A stretch of DNA of 56,819 nucleotides, the filler included, from Dugesia japonica (lineage: Eukaryota), in assembly GCA_001938525.1 (NCBI GenBank). It is 6 parts of 6 records of this genome, joined end to end, with 100 filler letters (N's around TTAATTAATTAA, not from the genome) between each part and the next. Parts side by side here need not be neighbours in the genome. Positions count along the whole stretch, not along the records: positions 48,032 to 56,819 come from MQRL01644011.1; 5 more parts are not named here. The stretch is one strand, 5' to 3'. Shown in pieces: positions 52,993 through 56,819 of the stretch. A program made the position numbers and the translations under genes. Numbering within the stretch: the first letter of the stretch is position 1; each line of letters opens with the position of its first letter. Under the pieces are notes generated by a model that was given only the letters and a program-made list of their open reading frames with translations, did no database searches and was not told where the DNA came from.

Positions 52993-53519
52993 TTACTCAA
53001 TTACTCATTTACTCTATATGATATTTTTTTAAACAGATTTAAATTTTTTGTGTTTAAAGGTGAAATTTATTAAAGTAAAATTTGTATTTAAAATTTGTAT
53101 CAGAAGAATAAAATATAAAATTAAATAAATAAAATATGTATTTTTGTGTATTTTAAAAACCAAAAAAACAAATTTTGATCGAAGCTTTTATGTTAAATGA
53201 GGAATATAAGTAATTACTCCTTTACTCAATAGAATAATAAAAATAATAATTTTTATATTATTAATTTTTCAGTGGTAGTTTATCAACCCATTATAGATAG
53301 TTTTTAATTCTGAGTTGAATAGTATGAAAATATTCTAAAAATAATTATTAATTTAATTATAATTTATAATTAATTATAATTTATAATTAATTATATATTA
53401 TTTCGAGAACCACTCATTTCTCTAAAGTAAACTCGATGTGAAATTTGTTAAGATTTTAATTCTGAGTTGAATAGTGTGAAAATATTTTAAAAATTACTAT
53501 TAATTTTATTATAATTACG

Positions 53520-56380
53520 GTTCACTTTCGTTTTCTACTTCTCCTATTTAATTGATGTAAGAAAACGCGGTGAATAGTATTTTCATCTTGTTTTTGTGTT
53601 GGTTTTAAACTAATCATTTTGCCAAATTCATAGATTATTACGACCATATATCGATTGCGGCTTCTGCTTTCCTTTATATGCGCATTATCTATCACGATTT
53701 GATCCATAAGGTTCATAACCTTTCTTCGTATTAAATATTCGGCTGTCTATGATGTTGGTATCTTCCTTCTCATACACGATTCACCTTTTTTTATAATCAA
53801 CTTTGTATATGTTCCCATGTTTATCTAAAAGAAATGACTACCAACATAATTTATAGTTTTTTTAACACATAAGTGACATATTTCTTTATGCATGTGTATC
53901 ACAAACCTCTTGACAAGCTTATGCGGAATGATGATCTTCTGCTTATTTTCACTTTCTATTAATATTAAATTATCTTTCAACAGTGTCATATCTAATTTAC
54001 TAAAATACACAGAATCTTGGATTAACTTTGGCACTATTCATGGGGAGTTCATAATAAAAACTTTATTCGCTTTCAAAACAAAATCCTCATCTTAAGCGGC
54101 ACGATACGTTTCAATATTAAATTCGTCTGACAAAATTGCATTTAAAAATTTTACTCTGCTCTTTTCTATTTTTCCTTCTTCGTGTTCACTTTGACATTAA
54201 TATTCTGGATAATCCGTTTGCATTGTTAGGGTTTTCATCCTTCCAATATTTCAGATCAAAATTAATTCACTTAACCATGTATGAAATTGTGGACTTATTG
54301 GTTTCGTCGTGGACTTTAAACATTTGAGTGCTTTGTGATTTCTTACCGTATAAGTAGTGCTTAAAGTAAAGCACATACTCATATATAGCCAGTAACTCCT
54401 TCCATGTCACACAATAACTTTTATCATGAGCACTTAAAAGCCTCGATCTATATGTGATAACTTTTTCACATCCATCTTTTACTTGACTCAAAACAGCACC
54501 AATACGGCTAAAACATGCATCTGTGTCTAAANNNAAATAATCATATTTTTTTGGGAATGCCAATACTGGAGTATTTGATAAAGAATGTTTGAGTTTCTGG
54601 AAACTTTCTTGACACTCTTCATTTTATTGTATGTCTTTCAATTGTCCATTAGTAGCCTCATATAATGATTGGGCAATTTGAGCTAAGTTAAAAACAAATT
54701 TACGGTAGTAATTTGCCAAGCCAAGAAATGACCGTAATTGTTTGGTGCACTTTCGAATTTCCGGTTCAGCAATTTTCTTAATCATACTATTATTATTACT
54801 AATTCCATCTTTTGATATTTTATGACCTAAAAAACTAAGTTCAGTTTTATACAGACTAGAATTCTTTAGATTGAGTCTTAACCCATCTTTTTATATTATT
54901 TTTCTATTGTGTTCTGCCATTGTTGTCCCGTAAACCAAGACATCGCCTAAATAAGCCGCGACTCCGTTATAAAGGATTTCCTTGAATAATACATGCATAA
55001 GACTTTGAAAAGTTGCTGGAGCTGTTGACAACTCAAACGGCATTCGGTTATAGAAAAATTGGCCTTTATTTGTCGAAAATACTATTTTCAATTGTGGCAA
55101 TCCATCTAACGACGAAAAAATTGAAGCTCCTGCCAAAGTATCGAATATGGTTTGCGGATCTGCCACGGAGAAACTAAATTTTTCTGTTACCTCATTAATC
55201 TTCTTATAGTCCTGACATATTCTAATCGTTCCGTCCTTCTTTCCCACAACTACGAGTGGCGAGTTCCATGGACTATGACATTTCCTAATTATACCCATTT
55301 TTAACAACTTTGAGATTTTATCATTCACTTTAGATTCCATTTGCATCGTCATTTGTCTTGGAATTTGACTTATAGGAGTCCTTACTGTTTTTATGCAATG
55401 TGTTACCAGTTTTGTACATCCTAAATTGAACTTCGATGCCAAAAAAAGTACCATATTTCAATGCTAATTCTGTGAACTTTGACAAATTATTGGATCCAAA
55501 AATATTTAAAGCCATTTGTCATCTTTCTTTATCCTGATATGTGAAACCTAAAACTTCTGAGTCTATCGAATTCATTACGACTCTCAATAAAAGCTTCAAT
55601 CCAAAAGCAGAAGTAAAATTCATACCACCAACAAAACTTGGATTTATATCTTTAACTAAAGCAATCTGGATATTTTAAATAATTCCATTTCAACTAACCA
55701 AAGTTAAAAAATCTCCTAAACATGTTATTACTTTAGCACCAAATGCTCCTCTAAGAGATATGTCTGATTACCGTAAGATAGAATTTCCGCACATTCTACA
55801 CTTATCTTCTGACATCACCGTTACTGCTGCGCCCGTATCCCATAACATCTCAACCATCTGTCCACAACATTCAACCAAACACCACAATCTAACATCTGCT
55901 TCTTGAAAATCATTGCATTTCGATTTCCTGCATTTTCATCATTTAATTCAACGACTCCATAGACGAAATGTATGCTATGGAACGTCTATTGTTTAAATTT
56001 TGATCTTGTCTATTTGTGTTTTGATCATATATAATAGCTCCAATCTCTTTCTCTTCAAAATCTCTGCTTTCATCATGTTTCATATCGTCATAACCATATG
56101 CTAGATTGTCTGAATTATTTTCTTCATGAAAACACTGAAGCTTTCTAGTGTTATTTCGCATGATTGTTCTTACCACATATCAAACAACACTTATTCAATA
56201 GACAGTTGTTTCTGACATGACCGGACTCACCACAACAATAACATTCCCTGGTTGAAGTCGCCGTAATTCGGGGTCAGACAACTCTTTCGCTCTGTTATAT
56301 ATTTGTGTTGCTATATGCTTCAAGGAATCCATAGGTCTTTGGGGCTTCTTGTATTAGTACCATACAATACCATCTTGACT
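53520..56380 (-). mobile_element. Ty3/gypsy gag-pol remnant (CCHC knuckle, protease, RT, RNase H, integrase)
   Basis: ECYCCGESGHVRNNC (~56205-56250), WDTGAAVT, RT ORF 54891-55454 (SPWNSP, YLGD), RNase H LDTDAC, integrase HKEICHL. Confidence 0.95.
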
Positions 56381-56819
56381 AATTAAATAATAATACGCCT
56401 AAAAAAATTTATTACAAAACACTTTTTTGAATATTTAAACAACAATATTATCTTATAGTTACGATGACAAATGGAAATATTCCTGCTATGATAAATGGGA
56501 ATAAGACCGTTAGGACATATGAAAATGTCTTTTACGTAAACTTGTAAAAATAGATTGAATTTTCATTAATTATTTTTCATTAAATTAATACTTTTATTTC
56601 TTTTATTACTTTAAAATAAATATATATAAATTTAATTTTAACATGTAAAAACTTTTAAATTTCCCACGAAATTATTATTTTTTCATTTTAAATTTTACAT
56701 GGATGAATTATTTTAATTATTTTTCGTAAATGTTTTTAATTCACTAAAGGGTTGGTTGTTATTCTTTTAATTATTTAGATTTGATTATTAATTTTATTAA
56801 TACTATCATTATTATTATT

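Overview
Very AT-rich eukaryotic DNA, probably animal, dominated by decayed transposable elements. It contains many N gaps and five artificial 44N-TTAATTAATTAA-44N joins that split it into roughly 8-11 kb blocks whose adjacency may not be real. Recognisable content: several Ty3/gypsy LTR-retrotransposon remnants; three mariner copies; hAT (Buster-type) and Merlin remnants; MITEs; Penelope-like element (PLE) fragments with GIY-YIG endonuclease and minimal hammerhead ribozymes; and a dispersed ~150-bp hammerhead-headed repeat family. It also holds four termini and several arms typical of Polinton/Maverick elements, plus a Polinton-type integrase relic, a divergent TBP-like fragment and a small spliced ORF. 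A 5S-rRNA-derived sequence has a replaced 3' domain. Fragments of spliced host genes include a predicted secreted protein with a 28-nt intron. No intact autonomous element is present. All calls come from reading motifs by eye; no searches were run.
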